Source of the DNA: Bugula neritina
Lineage: Eukaryota; Animalia; Bryozoa
Reading direction: 5' to 3'
DNA: 64,000 nucleotides
Assembly: GCA_964035545.1 (NCBI GenBank)
Contig: OZ037767.1
Location: 27,048,628-27,112,627 of the forward strand
Shown here: positions 39,966-52,600 of the stretch, piece after piece
Position numbering within the stretch: the stretch's first letter is position 1
How the letters are laid out: the number at the start of each line of letters is the position of its first letter
Position numbers and translations under genes: made by a program
The notes under the pieces: model-generated
Seen by the model: the letters and a program-made list of their open reading frames with translations, nothing else
The model's database searches: none
What the model was told of the DNA's origin: nothing

Positions 39966-40937
39966 TTAACCTTGTAGAGGGTTCACTCTTCCATGGTTGA
40001 CATTACAAAACATTTGCTTCACTCTTGAACGATATGAACGATTCATATATATAAACAGCAACACATTGAGCACACCGAAAAGAAGTTGTGGAGGAACGCA
40101 TATTTCTCTGAATAACACAAGATTTATCCCACTATTAGAACTAGATATGTTTGTTGACATTCCGATGGTAAGAGCCAGCATTGGTAAAAATGTTGTATAG
40201 TACAAAGCAACAGTAAACAACATATGTTTCGCAGCATTTTCTACTCCACCTCCACCAGTATTCCCAGGTCCAGCTCTTTTAGACATAGCCCTTAATTCCA
40301 TAGCTAGTTTAATGGCTAATATAAAAGTTCCAATGGCAGAAACTAAGACAAGAACAATAATTAGAAGAATACTGAAGCTGTTTGAGCCTTCTCTTGCAAT
40401 AAATATTGTTTTAATAACAGAATGCTGCACTGCCATGAGCAGAACCATACAGCCCCAAATGCTAAATGAACACTTGTTAATGTTGTTGACAAATCTGTTG
40501 TCTGAATACTGGAAAGGTTTGCAAATTCCTAAATATTTGTCGTATACAGCCAGTGTCATGATCCAAAACCTTGAGATAAGTATGCCGTCTCTCAGCGTGG
40601 AAAAAATAGTATCTAAAGTGATTTGTAAACTGAGAGACTCTATATTCAAGAGACTTCGTCTTATAGAGCAACTGAAGACGACAGCACTGTATATCATGTT
40701 GTTGGCCATACTTGCAGCAGTGATTTGTACGAGTATACAGAAGTAGTTGTAGTGATTTGCCTTTAGCTGTGGTGCAGTGGCAAGCATGGCAATATGAAAG
40801 ACACTGATAGAAATAGCAATAAAGTTTATACATAAAGCGGATATCACATAATCGGGGTTGTCTTCGCATAATCCATCAGTCATTTCATCAGTGAAGTTGT
40901 TTTCTCCTGGTGTGGATATTGCTATTACGTTTTCCAT
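39966..40937 (-). CDS. Rhodopsin-class 7TM GPCR, copy 3 (323 aa; mosaic of copies 1 and 2)
   Basis: Intact ORF; interior nearly identical to copy 1, termini and flanks like copy 2. Confidence 0.9.
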   Translation of the reverse strand: MENVIAISTPGENNFTDEMTDGLCEDNPDYVISALCINFIAISISVFHIAMLATAPQLKANHYNYFCILVQITAASMANNMIYSAVVFSCSIRRSLLNIESLSLQITLDTIFSTLRDGILISRFWIMTLAVYDKYLGICKPFQYSDNRFVNNINKCSFSIWGCMVLLMAVQHSVIKTIFIAREGSNSFSILLIIVLVLVSAIGTFILAIKLAMELRAMSKRAGPGNTGGGGVENAAKHMLFTVALYYTTFLPMLALTIGMSTNISSSNSGINLVLFREICVPPQLLFGVLNVLLFIYMNRSYRSRVKQMFCNVNHGRVNPLQG

Positions 40938-43900
40938 CTTGCTTCAAAATTGAACTTTCTACAAAGACGAAACAGTAACTAAAAAGCTGCACATGCCCAC
41001 ACACACACACATGCACACAGACACGCACACACGCACACACGCACATACACATTTAGCGTAACTTCTGTAGCTGATATTAACTTAACATTGTTTGGAAAAC
41101 AATTATTGCTACAAATTTAGTGCTAAATCCAGTTGTGCAAAGCACTTTACCTATATTATAATCTGCATATAAAAACCTGACGAAGAATGGTTTAGAAAGT
41201 TGGTTTGACATCATTTTTGCTAGTTAAATTATTTTTTTTTGAAAATGCATGATGATGGCAAAAACAAATCTCTGTTACTGAAAGAACATATTTTATTTAG
41301 TATAGACCATGGAAGATTCAATACTTAAAGCCAAATTTTTTGAAAGAAAATATTATTAGCATAATATTAAAATAAAAAAGTTAATGCATGCAAGCAAAGA
41401 ATTTAGTAAAAATTTCCATTGCAAAGTAATAAATAGTGCACTTTCATTATAGCAAGTTTCTGCTTAGTTCAAATAGTATAATCTAATTTAAGAAATTTTT
41501 GCGGTTATCATAATGTAATATTGCAATGTATTCATTATTAACAATGTACTTTCTTTAAGCAAATTTATAATCTTTATTTTATTTATGGAAAACATAAACA
41601 CAATCCTTTCTATTCACAGGAATATTTACCATTAGGTTGTACCTATTTATCACATACTGTGTAATAGGACCAAAATATCTTGCATTAAATGATGAGAACA
41701 AGTTTTTTGTATTTTGCCGCAAACACAAGCGACAAACTTGCTAGCTGAAACTAGGCATTTCATTTTAATGCCATAGTCAATTATCTTTTTTAGAATGTCA
41801 ATAAAAAATAACTATTTTATTTTACATATTTATAAGCAAATACAAACTCACCCTCACTTTGTTGTTTAGTGCTTCAGTAACAAATTCGCCAGATTCTATC
41901 TAAAAAAAAGTTGTCACTTGAGAAGAACATGATGTTTGCTTAAATTATTATCTTTTTATTCATTTTAAACATTTGTCCAGTCTCCTACTTTTAAGAAATA
42001 CTTGTTTGAGTGAGTCAATATAATTGTGTTGGCACTTTAATAGCATTAACCTGTTGCAGTGCACTGCAAACAAACTGCTAGACATGCTACTATAAAAGTT
42101 TCAGCAATTTTGCTTATAGTAGCATAAAATACAATATCTCATGAAAATGCAATAAGATTTTAGTTTTTTGAGTACTAATAGTTTTAATGCTACTCATTTA
42201 CCAACAGAAGACTAAAAGTTACAAATCAGTGGAAGCTTCATAAAGTTTCAGTAGTAATCAAAAAACAACATTTAAAAATTCAAGCAGCGGTTAGAAAAAA
42301 CAAGTCAAAACCGTCGCTGTTTTACACGCAAACAGTATATATAGCTTACCTGTATTACAACTATGCGTAGAGCTTGAAAGTGTAGAGAACATAGATATGT
42401 TATGTAGCTGTGTGAGTGTCTTATAGCAGCATATTATGTCGATGTGCAGTAGGCATTCTAGCCGAGTAACTTATATAACCATGAGTTATTTTAATCAATA
42501 TTATTTATAGATTGTTTAATTAAACTTTTGTCTACCCTAAAGCTTGGTTAAACAGGAATTAAAGTTTTAGGTTTAGTTTACTTTGCTGATAGAAATGTAA
42601 TAATGTTACATAATATTAAAAAGAAATTAAATTGCATGTGTAAAGTTTGCATTATAAGTTAAGTACCTACTTTGAAAGTGTTACATGTTACAAAGTCAAC
42701 ACAGAAATGACAATGCACACAAAATTTAAGTAAATTTATATGACTTTTTATTTGTACATATGTATAGCAAATACAACTTTTTTGGTAAAAAGTTAACCTA
42801 GTTAATAAACTAAAATGTGCAAAATATGTCTACATCTTAAATTAAAGTTTATTAACGAATGATTACATTTTAAAAAACAATATTCTCTGTTATTGACACC
42901 TACCATCCTCTTATAAAAGTAAAAAACCTAATTTAGTTTACTAATTGTACCTAACAAAATGTGATCTTACTAAATTATGCTCAGATGCAATTTTTTTACA
43001 TATCGTCTTCAAGCAAAAGCAACGTAATATCTTACAAGCATATAAATGAAGTTTTGCAGCATACTTTTAGAACAAGTGTTTATAGTAACAGTTTTTAAAT
43101 ATAAAAATTAAGGTTGTTAAAATAGACTGTGCTTTAATTATTGATGATGAACCGAAAAGAGCAGTCAGCAAGAAAAAGTTATTACACTTTCATAAACAAC
43201 TCTCAACTTTTTGTTCATATCGTAATAGGAGCTAAAAATATTTAGACTACAGTCAAGTTTGTGGAGCAAAGCAGCAGCCATGTTGCTTCTAAAATTAATT
43301 AAAAATATTGTTATGATGTAAACATTATAGTATTTTATTACATATGTTATTAGCCCTCTATATGTAATTAACGTAAGATATTATTGGTAGGATATATTAT
43401 GACTTGAAAAAAATTTTTTAGTATCATTTTGTATGTATAATATATTATATTATATAATATATACATAATTATATATACATAATTATATATACATATACAA
43501 TGTATACAATGTATATAGGCTATTACACCATCATTTTAGCCTACTTTGGATGTTTCAATTTCAGGTGCAGTATGTCACACTGGTACTAATTTCCTGTCTA
43601 ATAGACCACTTGGAGAAGACACAAGCTACAAGTTGATGCATAGATAATCTGCAGTTACAACCGTTAATTATAAAATTCAATTTCTTGGACATGCTTGTTT
43701 CATGAATATTAATTATGTTTCAGTGGCATATATAGCTGTCATTTACTATAATATCCTCCATTCACTAATTAATATTCTCGACGTGTTAAATTAGTTATTT
43801 GTATTTTTCTAGCACAAAATCTTTATTTTCACATGATAAGGGAGTACTGCAAGAAATTATTCCCCTCTGACTGCTGGGTAAAGGCTGTTAGGGTTGGGCC

Positions 43901-44569
43901 CTTAAGGCATGCATGTTGCTTCTTTTATTCACATTGTTTTAGATTGTATTGTAAAAAAACCTTAATATGTCATTTAGTGAACTCGATTTCTTACCTGCAT
44001 GACGATTACCAAATAGGCCCTTATATATATTTACAATGTTACATAATACATAGCATGTGGAACTTTAGTGTAGATTTGAGCAAATGAGTCATTTAAAATT
44101 TTTCTGTAAAAGCAATTCCGTAGCTGCTAGCATGCAAACAAATTCAAACTGATACATTTTAATTTAATGTGGTTCAAGGAAGGCATTATCTTTAGCAGGT
44201 AACTTTTCTCTATTGAGATTAGCAACAATCTATAGATGATGCCATTAACTCTCAGACTATCACACATTAAGCTGGAATTTTTAACCTGGCTGCAACTTTT
44301 AAAAAATTGAAGTAATCAAAATATTATGATTAATTTAGCTTTTTAATCACCCTAAGCGTGATAATAAAACATAAGAGATAATTAAAGTAGAACTGTATTT
44401 TTAGTTACCGTGTCGTAATCATAGCAATTCATCATCTCCAACCTACACCAGGTATGTTGCAGGTATGTTGCAGGTAAGTTGCAGGTATATTGCAGGTATA
44501 TTGAAGAGTAAACAATAAACGCAACATAAACTATCACACAAGCTTTATAAAGAAGTTATTTGTAATTGT

Positions 44570-46632
44570 TAATTTGTAATGAGTTTATTTCAATACTTCA
44601 TTTATTTTTATAACTAATTTTAAAAACTGCTCAATGCATGAGAAAACTAATAACAATTCTTGATCCAAAAGTTAGCCTAGTAAACCGTCTTTAAACACAT
44701 GCATCAAACACAAGATAAAAATACTTTATATCATATATATGATGCTAATTATGGAAAAATTATGTCCCCAGCTTGGACGGTACAATACATCAAGTCAGAT
44801 CTAGATTTCCAGCAAAAACAGCCAATCAGAAAATTTACCACCTTCTAAACAGCCAATAGAGATTTAATACCAGGGAATATAATATTACAAAATATCAATT
44901 TTACTAAAATACTTTTAGTAATACATATTCAGAAATGATGGTTTCAGTATAATCAAAAAACGTAATAATTCAAAAAGATATGGAGTAATAATGTAATATG
45001 ATAATATTGAAGAATATACTTGGAGTAGTAATAATGAAGATAACTATAATGTATTATTAGTGTGTAATATCAGGATCAATTAATATAAATTTGTATGTTC
45101 GCATCGTATGACGAATTCTATCAACACTAGTAAAAAATACAACAGACTCTATTCATCACATGACTAGGGAGGGGTCACCATGATGGTAGAAATAGCAGAT
45201 GACACGCTGTACAGAACATTCAACATTGTGTACTGAGTTTAGGAGCAATGCTCTGTATTACAGCATATTCTATAGTGGTGTACAGTACAGTACTGACAAT
45301 GTACGCAAAAGACATTTGTAAGACAATCTATAAGCTAATAGCAGGCGTGTAGATAGACAAACTAGTGCCTAGTACACCACTGGCTGTATGAGGGTTGCAT
45401 TTAGTAAGGATTTACAATAAATACCATATTTAGGAGATAGGAGTGTGAAGATTTACTAGTGCATATAAATATTATAATATATAGTTGAAATAAGTTCATA
45501 ATCAGCGAAGGCAACATTAACACATGTACTAACAATGGCAGCTTAGTCATTGAGGTAACTTTGGTTGGAAGTCATCACTTGCACACCAGTAATAGTAGCA
45601 GACGTACACATTGGTTGTTATACCTGTTGCGATTGGATGATACAAAGCAGATCAGCCAATTGCAGACCAGGTTACAAACATCTAGTGGATGGTAGAGTGA
45701 CCAATCAGCCAATGACAGGTATTTTTACATACATGTATGTTGACCTTGACCTCACATATATACTCTGTAAGACATACACAAAGACATTAAAACAAAAATA
45801 ATTAGAGCTGTAAAATATTCAAGGCATCTGTTGCTCTACAATAAACTGTGACATCACGTCCTATTATAAAGATAGATAGAGTTACCCTCCACGCTCCTTA
45901 GAATACACACAAATTTTAAAAATACACTGTTGTCCAGATATGAGAGTGTACAGCAATGGCTAGTGGTGACAGGTGAAAGCATCTTTAGATTTGTAATTCA
46001 TTTTAAGGAGTTTCGAATAGACTAAGGAAATACACTACAGGGAAATACTTGGTAGGTGTGCACTAGCAATACTAGGCTGAGGTGCTGACAGTATATTCGA
46101 ATAATGAGTTATAAATGTATTGCCTAAGTTTATACACATAAGCAATGGCTGCGTGACACTAAAGCTGTTGACACCAGACAATTACACAACTGAAAACAGC
46201 AACACTGCAGCAACAAGTATTACCAGCTGAGCAATGTACAGCCCGCAGATTACTGGTAGAGACAGCTGATTGGACAAATGTATTAGCAGTGGTATTCTGA
46301 TTGGCTGGATTTAATGGGTAGACATTAATACTGAATGTGCTGCTCTTCCATTGGGTAATAAGTTGTTGGGTAAAAAACAGCTTGAGAAGGCAAGAGACTA
46401 GAAGAGAGAATAACCCAACGGAATTTTGTTAGGAAGCAAAAGTATGTACAAATATCAGCTAGTTTAATTCTTTTTAGAATAAACAAAATCTCATTTCATG
46501 AAAATTTGGACAATAACACTGTTCCGGGCAGCTTATGAGGTCAGTATTACTGCATAGAAAGATGACTATTCACACAAAGTGGTAATTGAGTGAGAGGTTT
46601 GGTGACTAGTGAAACTGACATCTTCATTATGT
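44570..46632 (-). other. CELF terminal exon / ~2-kb 3'UTR (duplicate at ~34930-37051)
   Basis: Acceptor TATACAG|A at 46633-46634 completes the split TGA; minus-strand AATAAA at about 44584-44589 and 44601-44606. The 3' end is inferred. Confidence 0.55.
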
Positions 46633-49600
46633 CTGTATACAGATGTTTAACAAAAAGTTTCTTTACACTCTATATTTCATAAATTGCTAAGTAAAAGTTG
46701 TAGAATAATACAGCCCTATTATATAAAAAGTGAAAAAATATAAAACTTGGCAGTAAAATAATGAAAATACTACAGCCAATGGAATTGCGAATCTTTGATT
46801 AAAAAAATAGAATACTGGAGATCAAGATTTATAAAAGAGAAATAATAATCATAAGATTATATACTAAAAGATCTAGTGACGACAATATAGTAACACATTG
46901 CAACTATGATGGCGTCTCTTCCACTAATACATACCAATATGGTTTATTCTCGTTTTTTGGTCGTTTTAGTTGTACTTTTAATCGCTTCATACCAACTTGA
47001 AAGCCATTCATGGTACCAATGGCATTCTGGGCCGACATGGGGTTATCGTAACTAACAAATCCTGTGAACAAACAACATGTTGTTTCAAAATGTTATGATC
47101 TATAACAAACAACTATACTATTTACAGTAATTGTCTTCCTCCTCACTCAAATTTTTCAATTGTGCAATATAACCACATATTTTATATCAGGAGTCTTACC
47201 GAAGCATTTGCTCAAATTTGTCTGCTTATCAATGAACACTTTAGAACTGACGACATTGCCAAATGGTGCAAATGCTCTCAGCAGATCTATATCAGTGAAC
47301 TCCTGGGGCAGATGGTAGATGAACAGATTAGCGCCATCGGGGCCTTCCGTCTGTTTACCAGCGGGTGTGTCAGCTGCCAGTGCAGTTGGGGCATAGGCGT
47401 GAGGAAATGAGGCTAGAAAAATTCATAGACGAGCCGTTCTAAAGGTTAAGCTGGCATAGATTTGTCTCACAGAGAGAGTCATGCAAACTATGACAGACAT
47501 CACGGATTGACAGAGAATACAATGGCAGACGTGAGTTATTAGACACCATTTGTGCAGACGTAGGACACAGTATTCATTCCACCACACATACAATATGTAT
47601 AAGATAATGTGACAGAGATGTGCCAAGATACTTGATCCAACATACATGTACAAACATTCAACATATAGTAGTATTAGTTGAGAGAGAAGAGTGTAGCAAG
47701 GGTCAGAGTAAGTAGTCGAGAAAGAAGTTGTGAGAATGCAATAAGATAAGATGCAGTCATCTTGGTAAACGTCGAGAACTTCTAAGAAAACAATGAGAAA
47801 TACTTTCAATAGAAATGTTAAATTATAGTTGAATTAGCTTGTGAGTTGATGGTACTTGAGTAGCATGATGGGTGGCTCTAGGACTACTCGATGGATAATA
47901 TGAGGTAGATGGCTCTGAGGCTACAAGCAAACCAGATTTCCAGTGGCGAACGTACATGAGGCTCAGAAGCAAATGAAATGAGAAACAACAGACGACAACA
48001 GACAGTGGTGAAACAAACTGAACGGCAGCGGTGTAGATCAGAGGCAGCAACAGAAGGGTGAAGTGGGCGGAGACAGTGGGCGGAGACAGTGGGCAGCGAC
48101 AGCATACGGTGTAGTTGATCTGATGTGTACCTGTGTATTGTGCTATGCCACTATAAGCCTGAGTCAGTGCTGCATCTATTGCTGCATTGGAAGAGAGGGA
48201 AGGCTGTGCTGTCTGTAAGGCAGCCACAGAGGCAGCAGCTGTTACACCACCACCAAGGGCATGGCCTGCAGGATACGCAGCAATAGAGGGCTGCTGAGGG
48301 CTGACCGAGGCAGCCACGTTTACCTGCTGCTGGATATGAGCCGCTGCGGCAGCATTGGCAGCCATACCAGCACCAGGCAGCGCTACTGCCTGCTGACCCG
48401 CTGCCGCTACGGCCTGTAGCCCTAAAATCAACAGACGCACACAAAATAGAACACTAACTATAAGAAAAAGGAGCACAATGTGTTACTTGAGCAGCAATAG
48501 CAGTTAAATATGATGTAAGGCTGAAACAAGTGTATATTAAACATAGAGATCAATCACAATTAGGACCTAAACGCTTCACCTGGATAAAGAATAAAAACCG
48601 GTACATAAATAAGGGATGACAAATAAGTTCAGTGAGTCGTAGCAAAAACTGATTGCGAAAGAAAAGTTACTGCCCACCTCCCCCACAAAGCAGTAAGGAT
48701 TTAAACTTTAAAACAAGACTAATATTATAGCAAAAAATTGTAATACTTGGCGTTACTTTAATACAAGAAGGCAATGTATACCATATAACACTGAAACAAG
48801 ATGAAGAGTGTATACAACATTTGAGATATTGTGTACTGTAGTGCTAGAAGCCACTCTACAGCATATACCTGCACATATTCAACAGAACTGTACATTCAGC
48901 ATACATATGATGATATACAAGCACATGGCAGTAGTTGACAACACATACTAGCACTAGGAGACATGTAACACTTGGTTTAAGAAGGGAAAGTAGCATATTT
49001 TATATTTATTGTATTTAGGAGTTGTGCACTATTGACAATTCACAGTGTAGTATTTTAACCACAAATTACAGAAGATTTAGGTTGTGACAATGAAAGAATT
49101 TCGATAACAGGTCTATTGAAGCTATAAATAATTTTTCTGTTAACAATCTATTTCATTATCAAAAAGAAGCAATAATTTATTTTATCAACAAAAATGTGTC
49201 AGATACCAGCCATTAATTTCTTTATTTAGACTGAATTACTGCCTCAGGTGTCTACGGACATGTGTGGGAAATTCCCAACACCACCAGTCAATATTCTACG
49301 AAACAACTAGTTGCAAAGCAGTGGTGTGGATAAATAAACTGAAAATATACGCCAGAAGATAAAAAATTCCCAATACAAACGATGTTATGCACCTCTCCAT
49401 ACTCAAAATATAACACTACACTAATTTAAGTAGACAAACAAACACCCACAGTGCCTGAAGTTGAATTTGGAAAACAAACCTACACTAAACCCCGCCCCCC
49501 ACAAGGAAATCACAAGTTAGGAGACACAACAACCACCACCTCTTTCACTCGAATGTAAATGAAAAAATTGTCAAATATGAATGAACAGAAAAATAAACAT

Positions 49601-52600
49601 AAAATTAGAGGTTCATCATAACATCTTCTTAAAATTAATGGATTCACAGAAATCTTTATATTTCCACTGAATAAATACATCTGCAGAAGATTATACACAT
49701 TCACTCAAGCAGTTCTGAGCTCAACACAAAAATCTCTTTTCAATCAGCTTATAGAAATTTCAAGTTCACATTTTGTAAACCAACCAACACCTATTTAGTT
49801 GTCCATGTGTCACTTTATACATCAATGTGCTACATTTCAACCTTGGAAGAAAGCTAACTTACCACCCATTGAGTTGACTGTTAGTTGGGGGTCACCGGGT
49901 GGGCTAGCTACCGCCCGTGTCATAGTTAGAGGAGCTCCACTAATAGCCTGAATTCCAATTAAATTTTGACCAGGCAGCATACCTAGAAGTAAACAATAAT
50001 TGCTGCTAATAAAACAGTGTCCAAGCATTTTGTTAGAAAATCAACCAAATTGTGTGATGGTAAAATTTAACTCTTATTACGACAAAGAAAATAACATGCC
50101 GATAGTGAAGTTTGAAACCCCACTATAGGTTTGTTATCTTTTCAGCATGCATGGTACAATGTGTAGCTAAAATAAAATAACTATTAGGCCATAATATAAA
50201 GCCATTCCCTAATATTAGAGAAAAAATTAATCTGATTTGAGTGTATAAAGTACAATAAGCTGGTTATAAGTTATACCAAGTAGGATTTCACTACTAAATT
50301 ACTAAAACAAAATATTACAATTATCAATTTTACTCACCCATACTCTGTAGATTTTGAATATTATGATAATTCTGAAAAGAGGCCATGTCTAAAAGATAAA
50401 GAGAAATCAATTAGCATATGACAAAAAATGAGATTAATTTCTATTAACTATGCCATATCCTTATCAGCATATTACCAGAGCAGAACCACTTAACCTTAGA
50501 GCTTATTAAATCAAAGACATGGATCTTTTAAACCATCACATATCTCACTGAAACCAACAGAGCAGCTGGCAAACATCCTGCTCTGGGATTGCACAACCAT
50601 GTTATCTCTAATATATTACTTCACACATGACTGCCGTATGACAGAGTGCTAGGTTCTATAATGGCTTACCTATATTACCTAGAGGACTGGTTGGTATTGT
50701 CACTGGTGCACCAAGACTGTGTTGTAATAACTACAAAACACAAGAGCACACTCTGATATACACATGTGTACATGTATCTATGTTGCTGTATACATATTAG
50801 AATGAGTGAATAGTTGGCCATTTCCCACCAACTACAGAGTACGAAGGTAGAAGGCGAAGCAATTACTGTAAGAAGAAGTTAATGAATAATGACAGTAAAT
50901 GAAGACAGCTTATGATGAATTATTAGCCCTAGAGTTAGGTTACAATATGTATGCAAAAGTGCTGAGGCTCAGCAGCTAAACCCCAATAGTTCAAACAGAT
51001 AATTTCAGAGTCCTTCACTACATAATAAAATCTTAAGTATCATAATTAACTCCCTACTTGGCTGTGATTGAATAGTTTGCAGCAAAACTTATACAGTGTT
51101 ATGTGCGGAGCAAAACAGAAACTTTTATGAAGTAGCATATTCCATAGCAAAGTGTTTGATAAAACTTCTCAGATTGTTAAATAACCCTAATATGACGACT
51201 CCAAAACATAAATTTATTTGAAAATTAATTCAAATAAATTTATGTGCATGTTTTTCACAAAATTTTCTAAAGTAGAGTTATCAGCAAAATCCACAGAAGA
51301 ACAAAGATGTCGATCCCTCTGCCTTTATGCATAGGGTATAATTTTCATTGACGTGCAGAACTAGGACCAATTTAATAGCCAAAGTTCTTTAATTTTCTTA
51401 AGAAATTTTCGATTTGAACTCAACAAGCAAGAAAATAACTGTTTTTGCTAAATTTCTCATATAAAACACAGGCTTTCCTAAACTTTTCTATTACTGCACC
51501 TACTTCATAATTCTATCTCAAAGTGTAGACAACTCTAAAACCTTAGCAGTCGTTTTCAGCATAAAATAATGTTTTTTTAAAGTAAATTAGCAATATGCAA
51601 TGATACAGTATTTAGAAGAGTAGACACTGCTCAGCCAACAGAATTGTCAGAGGGGGGGGGGGGCTATATCAACAATATATTACAGTTCAACCTGCCAGGG
51701 AAATAAATTATTTCAATCTGATTCACTGACTAGCGTTTTAGTTACAGTAACTAGGCAATTGAAGATGGTAAACCTGCAAACTTGAATTGGTAAAATCATC
51801 ATGAACAATCAATTGATGTTAAAGAAGATTCATTGCATTTTATTAAAAAAAAACAATGAATGCACACAAATAGCATACTTATATAGATTTGGTGACTTAC
51901 AGTTAGATATTGATGAGTCATATTAGCAGGTATTCCAATGCCATTAGGGTAATGTGCTCCGATTATATTGTTATTAGTTGATATAACTTTAGTTCTTACA
52001 TCTTTGTCTTTTTGAGTATCAGCAAACTTGACAACCATTGGAGATGAGCAGCCCTGCAGTAAATAATTTCAGTCTTGTAATATGATATTTAAGGGCCCAC
52101 AATATGCCTGGGAGTGATTACTTTTATTTGATGGTTAAACTATAAATGTTGCAGCTAACACAGTTTACAAACTAAATCATTCAAACTTCTATATATTCAT
52201 CTAAAAGATTAATAAAAGTAATCACTGAAGCAGAATAGCTCTAGATGATCATAAGAAAGATGGCCGACATGCAAGTTACATCATTTATCAACCAGCATTT
52301 AGTAGGACTTCTAAGATGAATACACCATCACACCATCCAACACATCTGCTGGTATCATGTTAAATATCTAACACTGGAACCAATAGATTAATATTGCTCT
52401 ACCCAGTTTATCGTAACTATAAAAGAATTTGTTACAGAATTGGTTGAATTTATACTCTCAGCTTCTTCTTGCTTGTAAGTGTAAGAAATGAGAAAGCACC
52501 GCAGTTTGCTAGAACACAACATTTCTGTGAACCAATCCAATTTGTGAGCCAATCCAATTCATATTTATAATGATTTGAGTAGCAAATCCAAAAGGTAAGT

